Assembly: GCA_001430755.1 (NCBI GenBank) | Contig: CP013062.1 | Span: 540,001-572,000, forward strand | Direction of reading: 5' to 3' | DNA from: Candidatus Peribacter riflensis | GTDB lineage: Bacteria; Patescibacteriota; Gracilibacteria; Peribacterales; Peribacteraceae | DNA length: 32,000 bases | Shown here: piece after piece, positions 14,648 to 23,261 of the stretch | Layout: every line of letters starts with the position of its first letter | Numbering within the stretch: position 1 is the first letter of the stretch | Position numbers and translations under genes: made by a program | The notes under the pieces: generated by a model | What the model was told of the DNA's origin: nothing | Database searches by the model: none | What the model saw: only the letters and a program-made list of their open reading frames with translations

Positions 14648-17600
14648 ATGACAGTATCTTCCTCATTCAAACGCGGCGATATCGAGCAAATTCTGAAGAA
14701 AGCAGACATCTTCCATCTGAGCGCGGAGGCTCGTGTACGTCTCAACTGCTTGCTGTACTACTTCACGCACGGCAGGAACGCTTCCGAGACCGCGTGCCAT
14801 TTCGGCATTGCACGTGCAACGTTCTACAACTGGCTGAAGAAAATTAATCTCCATGATCTCTGTGCACTCGAAAATTGCTCAAAGGCCCCGAAGCACGTAC
14901 CGCAACCGATAACGGACGAGCGAACGGTGGATCTGATCCGCAGGCATCGTATGAGCGATCCTCTCCTCGGAAAGAAGAAGCTCAGCAAACACCTGCGCTC
15001 CGCGCATGGCATCTCTCTCTCTGCATCCACGGTCGGGCGCACCATCAACCGACACGGCTTCTACTTCGCCGATACGCCTGCGCACCGCGCAAAGCGTGAC
15101 GAACGCAGGCTGGATGGATGGCGGAAGGCAGTGGTCCTCGTGAGCACCGCCACAGGCGCCTCCCTCCTCGCCGATGTTCCGTTCGCTCACGCACTGGAAG
15201 GTTCAATCTATGAGCTGCATCCGACATCCCCCGATCAAACTGGTGATGGAGTCCTCGAGGGATCGGCGTTCACCCTGCAGGAAGGGGGCATAACAGACAC
15301 AGCACAACCGCTCCAGGGTTCCGTTTTCACAATCACGATACCGGCAGCCGCTTCGTCTTCCTCTCTGTCGTCGTCTTCCCCATCCGCAACACCGGCTGGC
15401 GGTCCTGCGACGGGCGGAGGACGCCGCACGATCCCCGTCGTGCAATTGCCGTCCTCTCCCTCCTCACCGGCTTCTGCCCCCTCTCCCCCCTCCACACCCT
15501 CTCCACTCAAATTCGGAGAATCTCTCTATGCAGTCCCCTCCCCGACGCTTACGGGGACAGCGAAGACCGGCACTCCCGCGAAAGTGACCGACAGCAAGAC
15601 AGGATCTGCCGTGCCTCCTCCCACCCATACCGACCAAACCGGTTCCTACCGCGAAGCAGCCCCGCCGCTGCCACCTGTCGTCGTTACGCCTTCGTTTGCA
15701 GAAACATGGCTGCCCAGCGTGATCTCTGCAGCAGTCGTATTGACAGTGCTCGCAGGTCTCATCGGCCGTACATGGCTGTACCACGTCATCACCAACGGGT
15801 TGGGATGGCGCTCGTTGCGAACCGTTGCGACGCTCTCGCGCAAGTCTTTCTTCGTGTCTCTGATGGGCGCCTCACTCCTCTTCGCCCTCCTCTGGAACAT
15901 CACATCGGCCAGCGCCGCAACGACCGTGCCGCTCACGCGCTGGTATCAGGGACATCTGCTCAACGCGGATGGAAGCGCGGTCACGACAGCCGTGACCATC
16001 CGGTTCAGCGAATGGAAGAGCGCCGATTTCACCGCCGCTGACCTCACGGCGACCGGCTCGATCAACACATCGGCAACCCACTACGTGAACTGGCAGGAGG
16101 AACACACACTGACACCCACAAGCGACGGATCCTTTGCGGTCGAACTGGGATCCGTCAACGCCCTGCCCGACCTGAGCGCGCTGCCCCCCAGCACGCTGAC
16201 GAGCCTCTACCTGCAAGTGGATGTGAAGGTATCGGGCGCGGCAGACTCGACGTACGACCTGCTCGATTCCAACACGAGCAGTGCAACGACAGACAGAACC
16301 TCGATTCTCTCTCTGCCCTTCGCACGCACTGCCGATCTCTTGGACCAGCGCGACACCGGCACGGCAAGCGGCTCCATCCCCGTGCTCACGACGGGTGGCG
16401 CGCTCTCGCTCGACGGAGACCTGACCATCAATGCGGATAATGAAGCAAGTGACGCCACCCTCACCTTCGGCAACAACCTCCTCAACGAAACGCTCAAGTT
16501 CTCGGCAACTCTCAACCGCTTCGACTTCAGTGATGATGTGTCGATCGGCGGAGACCTGGAGGTGACGGGGACGATGTCGGGAGCATTCCTGCAGATCACA
16601 GGGACAGGGGCATCCCCCCTCATCAAAACTCAGGGGGGGAATATCGGCATCGGCACCGCCACACCAGCAGCGCAGCTGGATGTCACCATCTCCATCGGAC
16701 TCAATGGCGAAACCATCGAACATTGGGACGAGGTGCCGCTGGATGATCCCTACAAACTCAAAGACTGGTTTGATACCACGCAGGGAGCAGGACGCATCAG
16801 CGGCGGCAGAATCACCGCCAACGCCGACGGAACCGTCACGGTCCTCGCGGGCTCGGGCCTCGTGCACATCACCGAGGCAACCGTGCAGGAAAACCCCCTC
16901 GACTGTTCCACATGCGGCCAGATCTCGGATCTCGAATACATCACATGGACCGGCACCTCCGCCCTCGTCCTCACGAACAACGATTACAACTACATCTACT
17001 ATGACTACGAAACGGCCAGCGTGCGCGCCACGACGGATTTCAACGCGATCTCCTTCACGCGGGAGTTCACGCTGGGACGCGCGTACCGCAGGGACACTGA
17101 AGTCATCGTGCGTCTCTGTGGCACGAACCTCTGGAACTTCAACCGCAGAGTGCAGCTCTTCGGCGAGGAGGTGTACCCCATCGTGCGGGCAACCGGCATG
17201 GCGATCTCAGAAGTGGGGACACGGGGACTGGCCGTCACTGCGGGTGTGCTCTGGGCGGAACTGGTCAACCGCTTCGTCACCGATGCCTTCTCGACGGCCA
17301 CCGGCACCTTCTCGACATGGCACAGGGACGGGAGCGGCGGCTGGACGGAGACCACGGGCCAGACACAACTGTCCAATACATCCTACGACGACGGAGATGG
17401 CGTGCTGGGAACTCTGACCAACGGACGGTACGGCATCCACTTCATCTACGTGCTGCACGATTCCACGGTGCACTCGGTCTACGGCCAGGTACAGAACTAC
17501 ACCCAACTCCAGGCAGAGGCGGCCCAGCCTCCGGCATCCATTCCGGACCTGCTGGCTTCGTATGCAACACTCATCGGCAAAGTGATCATCCAGAAGAACG

Positions 17601-18013
17601 GCGCCAACTTCGCCGAAATACAGTCCGCCTTTGAACAGACGTTCGCGGGCGCGGGAACCGTCATCCACAATGACACCTCGGGATTGCAGGGTGGAGTGGC
17701 AGCAGAGTACTACCACCTGACCTCGAGCGAATACACGGGAACAGGATCGGGGGTGTTCGTACGCGCCACCTCTCCGACATTCGGCGGTTCCGTCACCCTG
17801 CCGCTCGGCATCTGGAACTCCACCGGCCGCGTGGGCATTGGTACAGCAACACCAGAGACAGAGCTGGAAGTCATCGGCACCCTGTCGGGTTCCTCCATCG
17901 TCAACTCCAGTGGAGGGGGCTACGTAGGCGCTGCAGCCTGTTACCTCGCCAACGGCACGCTCGGCCATTGCACCAGTGCCGATGGGTCATCCTGCGGGTG
18001 CACGGCGAATTAA
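14648..18013 (+). CDS. giant surface protein 1: IS481/IS3-type HTH module, 3 TM segments, tail-fibre-like ectodomain, Cys-rich C-terminus
   Basis: 1121 aa. Residues 1-145 carry HTH ASETACHFGIARATFYNWLKK, then NCSKAPKH, then STVGRTINRHGF. TM segments lie at ~160-180, ~355-375 and ~401-423, and ASA|ATTVPL follows residue 423. The ectodomain carries GNIGIGTATPAAQLDV and GRVGIGTATPETELEV and ends CYLANGTLGHCTSADGSSCGCTAN. Confidence 0.85.
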   Translation: MTVSSSFKRGDIEQILKKADIFHLSAEARVRLNCLLYYFTHGRNASETACHFGIARATFYNWLKKINLHDLCALENCSKAPKHVPQPITDERTVDLIRRHRMSDPLLGKKKLSKHLRSAHGISLSASTVGRTINRHGFYFADTPAHRAKRDERRLDGWRKAVVLVSTATGASLLADVPFAHALEGSIYELHPTSPDQTGDGVLEGSAFTLQEGGITDTAQPLQGSVFTITIPAAASSSSLSSSSPSATPAGGPATGGGRRTIPVVQLPSSPSSPASAPSPPSTPSPLKFGESLYAVPSPTLTGTAKTGTPAKVTDSKTGSAVPPPTHTDQTGSYREAAPPLPPVVVTPSFAETWLPSVISAAVVLTVLAGLIGRTWLYHVITNGLGWRSLRTVATLSRKSFFVSLMGASLLFALLWNITSASAATTVPLTRWYQGHLLNADGSAVTTAVTIRFSEWKSADFTAADLTATGSINTSATHYVNWQEEHTLTPTSDGSFAVELGSVNALPDLSALPPSTLTSLYLQVDVKVSGAADSTYDLLDSNTSSATTDRTSILSLPFARTADLLDQRDTGTASGSIPVLTTGGALSLDGDLTINADNEASDATLTFGNNLLNETLKFSATLNRFDFSDDVSIGGDLEVTGTMSGAFLQITGTGASPLIKTQGGNIGIGTATPAAQLDVTISIGLNGETIEHWDEVPLDDPYKLKDWFDTTQGAGRISGGRITANADGTVTVLAGSGLVHITEATVQENPLDCSTCGQISDLEYITWTGTSALVLTNNDYNYIYYDYETASVRATTDFNAISFTREFTLGRAYRRDTEVIVRLCGTNLWNFNRRVQLFGEEVYPIVRATGMAISEVGTRGLAVTAGVLWAELVNRFVTDAFSTATGTFSTWHRDGSGGWTETTGQTQLSNTSYDDGDGVLGTLTNGRYGIHFIYVLHDSTVHSVYGQVQNYTQLQAEAAQPPASIPDLLASYATLIGKVIIQKNGANFAEIQSAFEQTFAGAGTVIHNDTSGLQGGVAAEYYHLTSSEYTGTGSGVFVRATSPTFGGSVTLPLGIWNSTGRVGIGTATPETELEVIGTLSGSSIVNSSGGGYVGAAACYLANGTLGHCTSADGSSCGCTAN
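15911..16540 (+). repeat. shared block, copy 1 (collinear with 18887-19516)
   Basis: Constant offset of 2976 nt with no indels. The blocks include a 50-nt identical run (16088-16137 = 19064-19113). Most differences I inspected are at third codon positions. Confidence 0.8.
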
Positions 18014-18238
18014 CGTCGCCGCACGGGGCATAACCCCCTAGTGCGACCCCGCCCACGCTACGGCGCACGTGAGCATCACGGCACGACCTCCCTCCCCTCC
18101 CAAGCGGAGAGGAGCTATGCGCGTACTTGCATGTTGCGGGAGGTACGTACTGCAGAGAAGGGCCCGATGACGTGGTCGGGAACTCACGAATACGAAAAGT
18201 CCACAGAGATCCGAAAGATCCGAAAGTCCAGATACATC

Positions 18239-18267
18239 TTGTAAAATCCTCGATTTTGCTGTACGAT
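18239..18267 (+). promoter_or_regulatory. weak promoter candidate for the second giant gene
   Basis: TTGTAA (18239-18244), 17-nt spacer, TACGAT (18262-18267), within the 309-nt spacer between the two giant genes. Confidence 0.3.
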
Positions 18268-18322
18268 AACACGAAAACCCGACATCTCCACCAAAAACTC
18301 ACCACACCCACCACCCCACAGC

Positions 18323-21300
18323 GTGCTGCGCCCGGAATCACGCCCCCAGAGGGAAGACATCGAGAAGCTTCTCCATGAAGCGGAGCGCCTCCAGTTGAGC
18401 GGCGGCGTGCAGCAGAAACTCCAGTGGTTTCTCTACGCCCTCGACCACGACAATGATCCGAAGAGTGTCAGCGAAGAGTTCAATATTTCCTCTTCGACAT
18501 TCCGCCGCTGGCTCAAGCGTTTTGATCCGGATGATATCACCTCCCTCGAAGAGAAATCGCGGAGACCCCATACGGTCCGTGAGCCCGACATCCTCCCGGA
18601 GGTCGTCGAGCTGATCCGCCAGTACCGCGCGCAGTACCCGACGATGGGCAAAGAGCGCATTCACGAGGCCCTGCAGAGAGAACACGACATCGTTGTCTCT
18701 CCTTCGAGCATCGGTCGTATCATTCAACGCGAACGTTTCTTCTTCGCAGATACCTTTTCGCACCTGAAGAAACTCAATCCCAATCCTCCGCCTGCATCAT
18801 CTTCGACTTCCCAACCGGGTGTATCCGCACTCCTCCTGCTCTTCTGCGCCGCCACCGCGGTCTTCCTCTCTGGAACGCCGCAGGCGAGCGCCGCAACGAC
18901 TGTTCCGCTCACGCGCTGGTATCAGGGCCACCTGCTGAACAGCGACGGCAGCGCCGTCACCACAGCCATCACCATCCGGTTCAGCGAGTGGAAGAGCGCG
19001 GACTTCACCGCCAGTGACCTCACCGCGACCGGCTCGATCAATACATCGGCAACCCACTACGTAAACTGGCAGGAGGAACACACACTGACACCCACAAGCG
19101 ACGGATCCTTTGCAGTCGAACTCGGCTCCATCACGGCGCTTCCGGATCTGGCCACGCTCCCGCCCGCAACGCTCCAGAACATGTACCTGCAGGTGGAAGT
19201 GAAGACCTCGGGTGCGGCAGATTCCACCTATGACCTCCTGGATAGCAACACGAGCGATACGGCCATCGACCGCACATCGATCCTGTCGCTCCCCTTCGCC
19301 CGCAATGCAGACCTCCTCGATCAGCGCGATACGGGCACCGCGAGCGGTTCCATTCCCGTGCTCACGAACGGAGGCGCGCTCTCCCTCGACGGTGATCTCA
19401 CCATCAATGCCGACAACGCAGCAGCGGATGCTGTGCTGACCTTCGGCAACGCGATCCTCGCCGAAACACTCAGGTTCTCGACGACGAACAGCCGCTTCGA
19501 ATTCAGTGATGATGTCTACGTCGAAGGAACACTCTCGACCTCCGGCGCACTCGTGATTGCACCAAGACCGGGGACGGAGACGGGCACTACCCTCATCGTC
19601 GATACCAAGGGCTTAGTCTACGATGCAACGAACAAGAGGGTGGGTATCGGGACGGCGACGCCGGAGGCCGCACTGGATCTTACGCTCTCCTCCGCAACAG
19701 AAACGGGCATGATCATCAAAGGCGCTGCCTCCCAAACGACCAACCTGCAGGAATGGCAGGCGAATGACGGAACGGTGGTAGGCTCAATCACTCCGCACGG
19801 CGACCTGACGCTGACCGGGACTAACAGCCCCGGAGGAAGATTCATTCAGATTTTCCCGTGGAACCAGCACGACAATAATTCAGCCAAGATCGCTATCTGG
19901 TCGAGCAATTTGAATTATTCAACGTTGCAGGGCACTTCACTGACGTTCAACAACAATAATATCGGATCTGCAGGGGTCGGACTCGGAAACGGATCCAATC
20001 TTTCGGTGATTGATGCTTCAGGTAACCTGACCACGGCGAATGCCGGCGGACTTGCAATCGGCGCAGCCGGAACCGCAACACCCTTTGGCACCCCGCCTTC
20101 AAATGGAGCAATCATCAGCGGTAACGTCGGCATCGGCACCACCGCACCCGAAACCAAGCTCGAAGTCGTCGGAACGATGAGCGGTACGAAACTCAAGATC
20201 ACCGGAACGGGATCCCTCAGCGATCTTACGTTCCCGTCCATGCAGCTCGGCACATCCACCTATTCCACGGTGCGAGACTTCATGAATTCTTTCGGCTCCA
20301 CCGGCCGCAAATCAGGGGGCGTCATTGCTGATGCCGGATCCTCGACCGTGGCGGTGACGGGAGGAACGGGTTTCATCAAGGCAACGGACGATGACGACGC
20401 CCCGTTGCTGTTCTTCGACTTCCCCGCCCCGGCCAACATCAGCATCCCCGCCGGTTCCACACGGTACATCGGCGTCGAGTACAACAGCGGCTCCCCACAG
20501 GTCGTCGCCCGGACGTCATGGAACTGGAACCTGGATACCGAGTTCCCCTTGGGCGCGGTCATCAACGAAAACGTGGGCGGCATCGACGAGCTGTACATCG
20601 AAAACAATCCCTGGTGGGTGACGGATGGCACAACGAACATCATCGAAGCCATCAGAAGCCTCGGGCTCATTCGCAGGGACCAGACAACGGGAGGCCTCAT
20701 GCTCTCTGTCACGGGAACCCGCAACATCGCTGTCAGCGCAGGAACGCTGTGGAGCAACTTAAATGAGTTCGACTTGGCTGCCGTCGATACCTCCGCGGCG
20801 GGAACAATAGAGTACTACTGGTACAAAGCGGGAACCGGCTGGCAAACATCGGATGTTTCGCAGTACTCAGTGACGCAGTGGAACGATGTCACGCAGGCGG
20901 CACTGCAAACCATGGAGAACAACAAGTACGGGAACGTCTGGGTGTACACGGAAGTGGTCAATGACAACCCCTCGGTGGCCTTGCTGTACCCGCAAGCCCA
21001 GTATAACACCGCTGCGGAGGCAGAGGCCACGAATGCCCCCTCCAACATCCCGACGCACATTACCGAAATGGGAATGCTGATCGGACGGATCATCATCAAG
21101 AAAGGGGTGGATACCCCGGTTGCGGTCGAATCGGCATTCGGAACAACCTTCAGCGCCAGTGTCACCACGGACCACGGCAATCTGGCGGGCCTCACGGACG
21201 ACGACCACACGCAGTACCTCCTCTTAACTGGTAGAAGTGGACAGCGCGTGAATGACTCCGTGGAATTCACCGGAACGGCCTCCGGACGCATCTTAAGCTT

Positions 21301-23182
21301 CGGCACGCGACTGACGGGATCAGGCAATGTCTCCATCCGCACCCTCACGGACTCCACCACCGCCTTCCAGGTGCTCGATGCTGACGGAGGTAATCCCGTC
21401 TTCAACATCGATACGGACAATGAGCGCGTGGGCATCGGCACCACCGCGCCCGAAACCGCACTCGAAGTCGTGGGCACCGCCTCGGGCAACTACATTTTCG
21501 GGCAGCAGGGACTGGGCTCCTCGGGGGCGCTCGCAGTCCTCGGGAACATCTATAACAGAGCGGATAATGCGAAGCATTACTTCGGCGCGGGCAACGACGC
21601 CTCCATTACCTACGACGGAACGAATATGTTGATAAACCCCAAGGAAGTGGGGACGGGGGAGTTGAGGGTTTCGGGCAACGTGAACATCGGCTCAACAACC
21701 ACAGCAAACATGGCGCAGGTTGCAGAGCTGAATGTAAGAGGGACGGATGCGGGCATTTTGATTGACGGCAATAATTCCAACAACTGGCTCAAACTCCAAT
21801 ATTCAACTGGCGGGGGCCATGTTCTCTTCACAACCCCAGCAGTCGAGTGGGTCTACCGTCTTAACCAAGCAAGTCTTGACGCTGATTTCGTGATTGGCAG
21901 GTACGCAGCCAATATCGTTGAGATGCGAGGCAGGTACAACTACAACGCTGGGGTAAGCCACAGCCTTCTTTTGACAGGTGGGCGATGGAATAATGCCCCC
22001 GCTGGGAATCTCTACCTTCGTGGAGGACAGGGGCTTGGAGTCGGTGCGCCTGGTGTCATTAAGCTTCAATCACCCGACGGAACGCAGGATATTCTTACGA
22101 CCAGCGCAACAGACAATCACCTTCATTCTCCAGACAACATCAAGCACCTATACGGCACAGGGGACGACGCCTCCATTACCTATGACGGGACGAACATGGT
22201 GATCAATCCGAAGGAAGTGGGAAGTGGATACCTGAAAATCCCCGGCACCGCCTCGGGCAATTACATCTTCGGGCAGCAGGGGCTCGGCGCATCGGGTGCC
22301 GTGGTGATCAAAAAACTCTCCGGCACGGGCACGGGCAACATCTTCATCGTCGATACCAAGGGACTCGTCTACGATGCGACGAACAAAAGAGTGGGGATTG
22401 GGACGGCAAGTCCGGAGTATACACTCGACGTGAACGGAGGGGCGGCTGTGAGCAATCTCCAAATGGGAGATGTGGGGTACGGGGCGTTCTTCCCGGGCCT
22501 GACGTACAAGGGAAACGCAGCGGGAGGCTACGCGATGTTCACCACAAACGGAGGGGCCTACACCGTCCTGAATAAGAGCACCGCCGACGGACACATCGGA
22601 TTCAGGGTGAACAACGTGGACAAGATGGTCGTCGATGAAAACGGCAACGTGGGCATCGGCACAATCACTCCCGAAAACAGGCTCGAAGTCGTCGGCTCCA
22701 TGTCCGGCCGCACGCTGCAGGTGACGGGCACGGGGGCGGCACCGTTGATCTACACGGATACGACAACGGGAAGAGTGGGCATTGGCACAGCAACACCGGG
22801 CTACGTGCTCGATGTGCAGCACGCCACCGACAAGATCAACTCCAAGAACGGCTACCTGACGGACGGAGCCGACTACGCCGAGTACTTCCCGAATGAAGAG
22901 AATATTCTGGAAGGTTCGCTCGTCGGCATCAACATGGAAACGGGCAAGGCGCGCCGGTACCGCTTCGGCGACGAATTCATCGGCATCGCATCGGATGGAC
23001 ACGGATTCGTGGGCAACGGGAAGAGGGGCATCGAAGATAACCCGAAGTATGCGCTCGTGGGGCTGCTCGGCCAGCTCACCGTTCGTCCGGAGGAAGTGAC
23101 GATCAGGGGACGCCTGGTCTTTACCCGGGACGGCAAACGGATCGGTCTCTTGCTCGAGAACGGAAAAGTGCTGCTGCGGTGA
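18323..23182 (+). CDS. giant surface protein 2: IS481/IS3-type HTH module, single signal-anchor, tail-fibre-like ectodomain, Peptidase_G2-like C-terminal domain (GTG start)
   Basis: 1619 aa. HTH VSEEFNISSSTFRRWLKR, then EKSRRPH, then SSIGRIIQRERF. The hydrophobic segment GVSALLLLFCAATAVFLSGTPQASA|ATTVPL follows. There are six xxVGIGTxxPExxL(E/D)V motifs. The C-terminus reads GYLTDGADYAEYFPNEENILEGSLVGINMETGKARRYRFGDEFIGIAS. Confidence 0.85.
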   Translation: MLRPESRPQREDIEKLLHEAERLQLSGGVQQKLQWFLYALDHDNDPKSVSEEFNISSSTFRRWLKRFDPDDITSLEEKSRRPHTVREPDILPEVVELIRQYRAQYPTMGKERIHEALQREHDIVVSPSSIGRIIQRERFFFADTFSHLKKLNPNPPPASSSTSQPGVSALLLLFCAATAVFLSGTPQASAATTVPLTRWYQGHLLNSDGSAVTTAITIRFSEWKSADFTASDLTATGSINTSATHYVNWQEEHTLTPTSDGSFAVELGSITALPDLATLPPATLQNMYLQVEVKTSGAADSTYDLLDSNTSDTAIDRTSILSLPFARNADLLDQRDTGTASGSIPVLTNGGALSLDGDLTINADNAAADAVLTFGNAILAETLRFSTTNSRFEFSDDVYVEGTLSTSGALVIAPRPGTETGTTLIVDTKGLVYDATNKRVGIGTATPEAALDLTLSSATETGMIIKGAASQTTNLQEWQANDGTVVGSITPHGDLTLTGTNSPGGRFIQIFPWNQHDNNSAKIAIWSSNLNYSTLQGTSLTFNNNNIGSAGVGLGNGSNLSVIDASGNLTTANAGGLAIGAAGTATPFGTPPSNGAIISGNVGIGTTAPETKLEVVGTMSGTKLKITGTGSLSDLTFPSMQLGTSTYSTVRDFMNSFGSTGRKSGGVIADAGSSTVAVTGGTGFIKATDDDDAPLLFFDFPAPANISIPAGSTRYIGVEYNSGSPQVVARTSWNWNLDTEFPLGAVINENVGGIDELYIENNPWWVTDGTTNIIEAIRSLGLIRRDQTTGGLMLSVTGTRNIAVSAGTLWSNLNEFDLAAVDTSAAGTIEYYWYKAGTGWQTSDVSQYSVTQWNDVTQAALQTMENNKYGNVWVYTEVVNDNPSVALLYPQAQYNTAAEAEATNAPSNIPTHITEMGMLIGRIIIKKGVDTPVAVESAFGTTFSASVTTDHGNLAGLTDDDHTQYLLLTGRSGQRVNDSVEFTGTASGRILSFGTRLTGSGNVSIRTLTDSTTAFQVLDADGGNPVFNIDTDNERVGIGTTAPETALEVVGTASGNYIFGQQGLGSSGALAVLGNIYNRADNAKHYFGAGNDASITYDGTNMLINPKEVGTGELRVSGNVNIGSTTTANMAQVAELNVRGTDAGILIDGNNSNNWLKLQYSTGGGHVLFTTPAVEWVYRLNQASLDADFVIGRYAANIVEMRGRYNYNAGVSHSLLLTGGRWNNAPAGNLYLRGGQGLGVGAPGVIKLQSPDGTQDILTTSATDNHLHSPDNIKHLYGTGDDASITYDGTNMVINPKEVGSGYLKIPGTASGNYIFGQQGLGASGAVVIKKLSGTGTGNIFIVDTKGLVYDATNKRVGIGTASPEYTLDVNGGAAVSNLQMGDVGYGAFFPGLTYKGNAAGGYAMFTTNGGAYTVLNKSTADGHIGFRVNNVDKMVVDENGNVGIGTITPENRLEVVGSMSGRTLQVTGTGAAPLIYTDTTTGRVGIGTATPGYVLDVQHATDKINSKNGYLTDGADYAEYFPNEENILEGSLVGINMETGKARRYRFGDEFIGIASDGHGFVGNGKRGIEDNPKYALVGLLGQLTVRPEEVTIRGRLVFTRDGKRIGLLLENGKVLLR
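18887..19516 (+). repeat. shared block, copy 2 (collinear with 15911-16540)
   Basis: See copy 1. It encodes ATTVPLTRWYQGHLLN...LTINADN...LTFGN...FSDDV in both genes. Confidence 0.8.
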
Positions 23183-23261
23183 TATCTGAGGAACCGGTGC
23201 ATACACGTTTGCGGACGTATTCAGCGACTGTTACGATAACGCAGGCTTCCCCTTTCACTAC

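Noticed and set aside
18041-18378. 67-aa and 83-aa ORFs in the spacer between the giant genes
   Set aside because: Their composition is basic and low-complexity, their codon usage is unlike neighbouring genes, and one runs into the gene 2 start. There are no motifs.
14648-18760. The HTH modules as genuine IS481-family insertion sequences
   Set aside because: No DDE/rve catalytic domain, terminal inverted repeats or target-site duplications are present. The HTH reading frames continue uninterrupted into the membrane and fibre regions.
15911-19516. Diversity-generating retroelement (template/variable repeat) as the explanation for the shared block
   Set aside because: Differences between the two copies are spread over all four bases and mostly at third codon positions, not adenine-specific. 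No reverse transcriptase gene is in the window. The block is at the N-terminal end of the ectodomain, not the C-terminal end.
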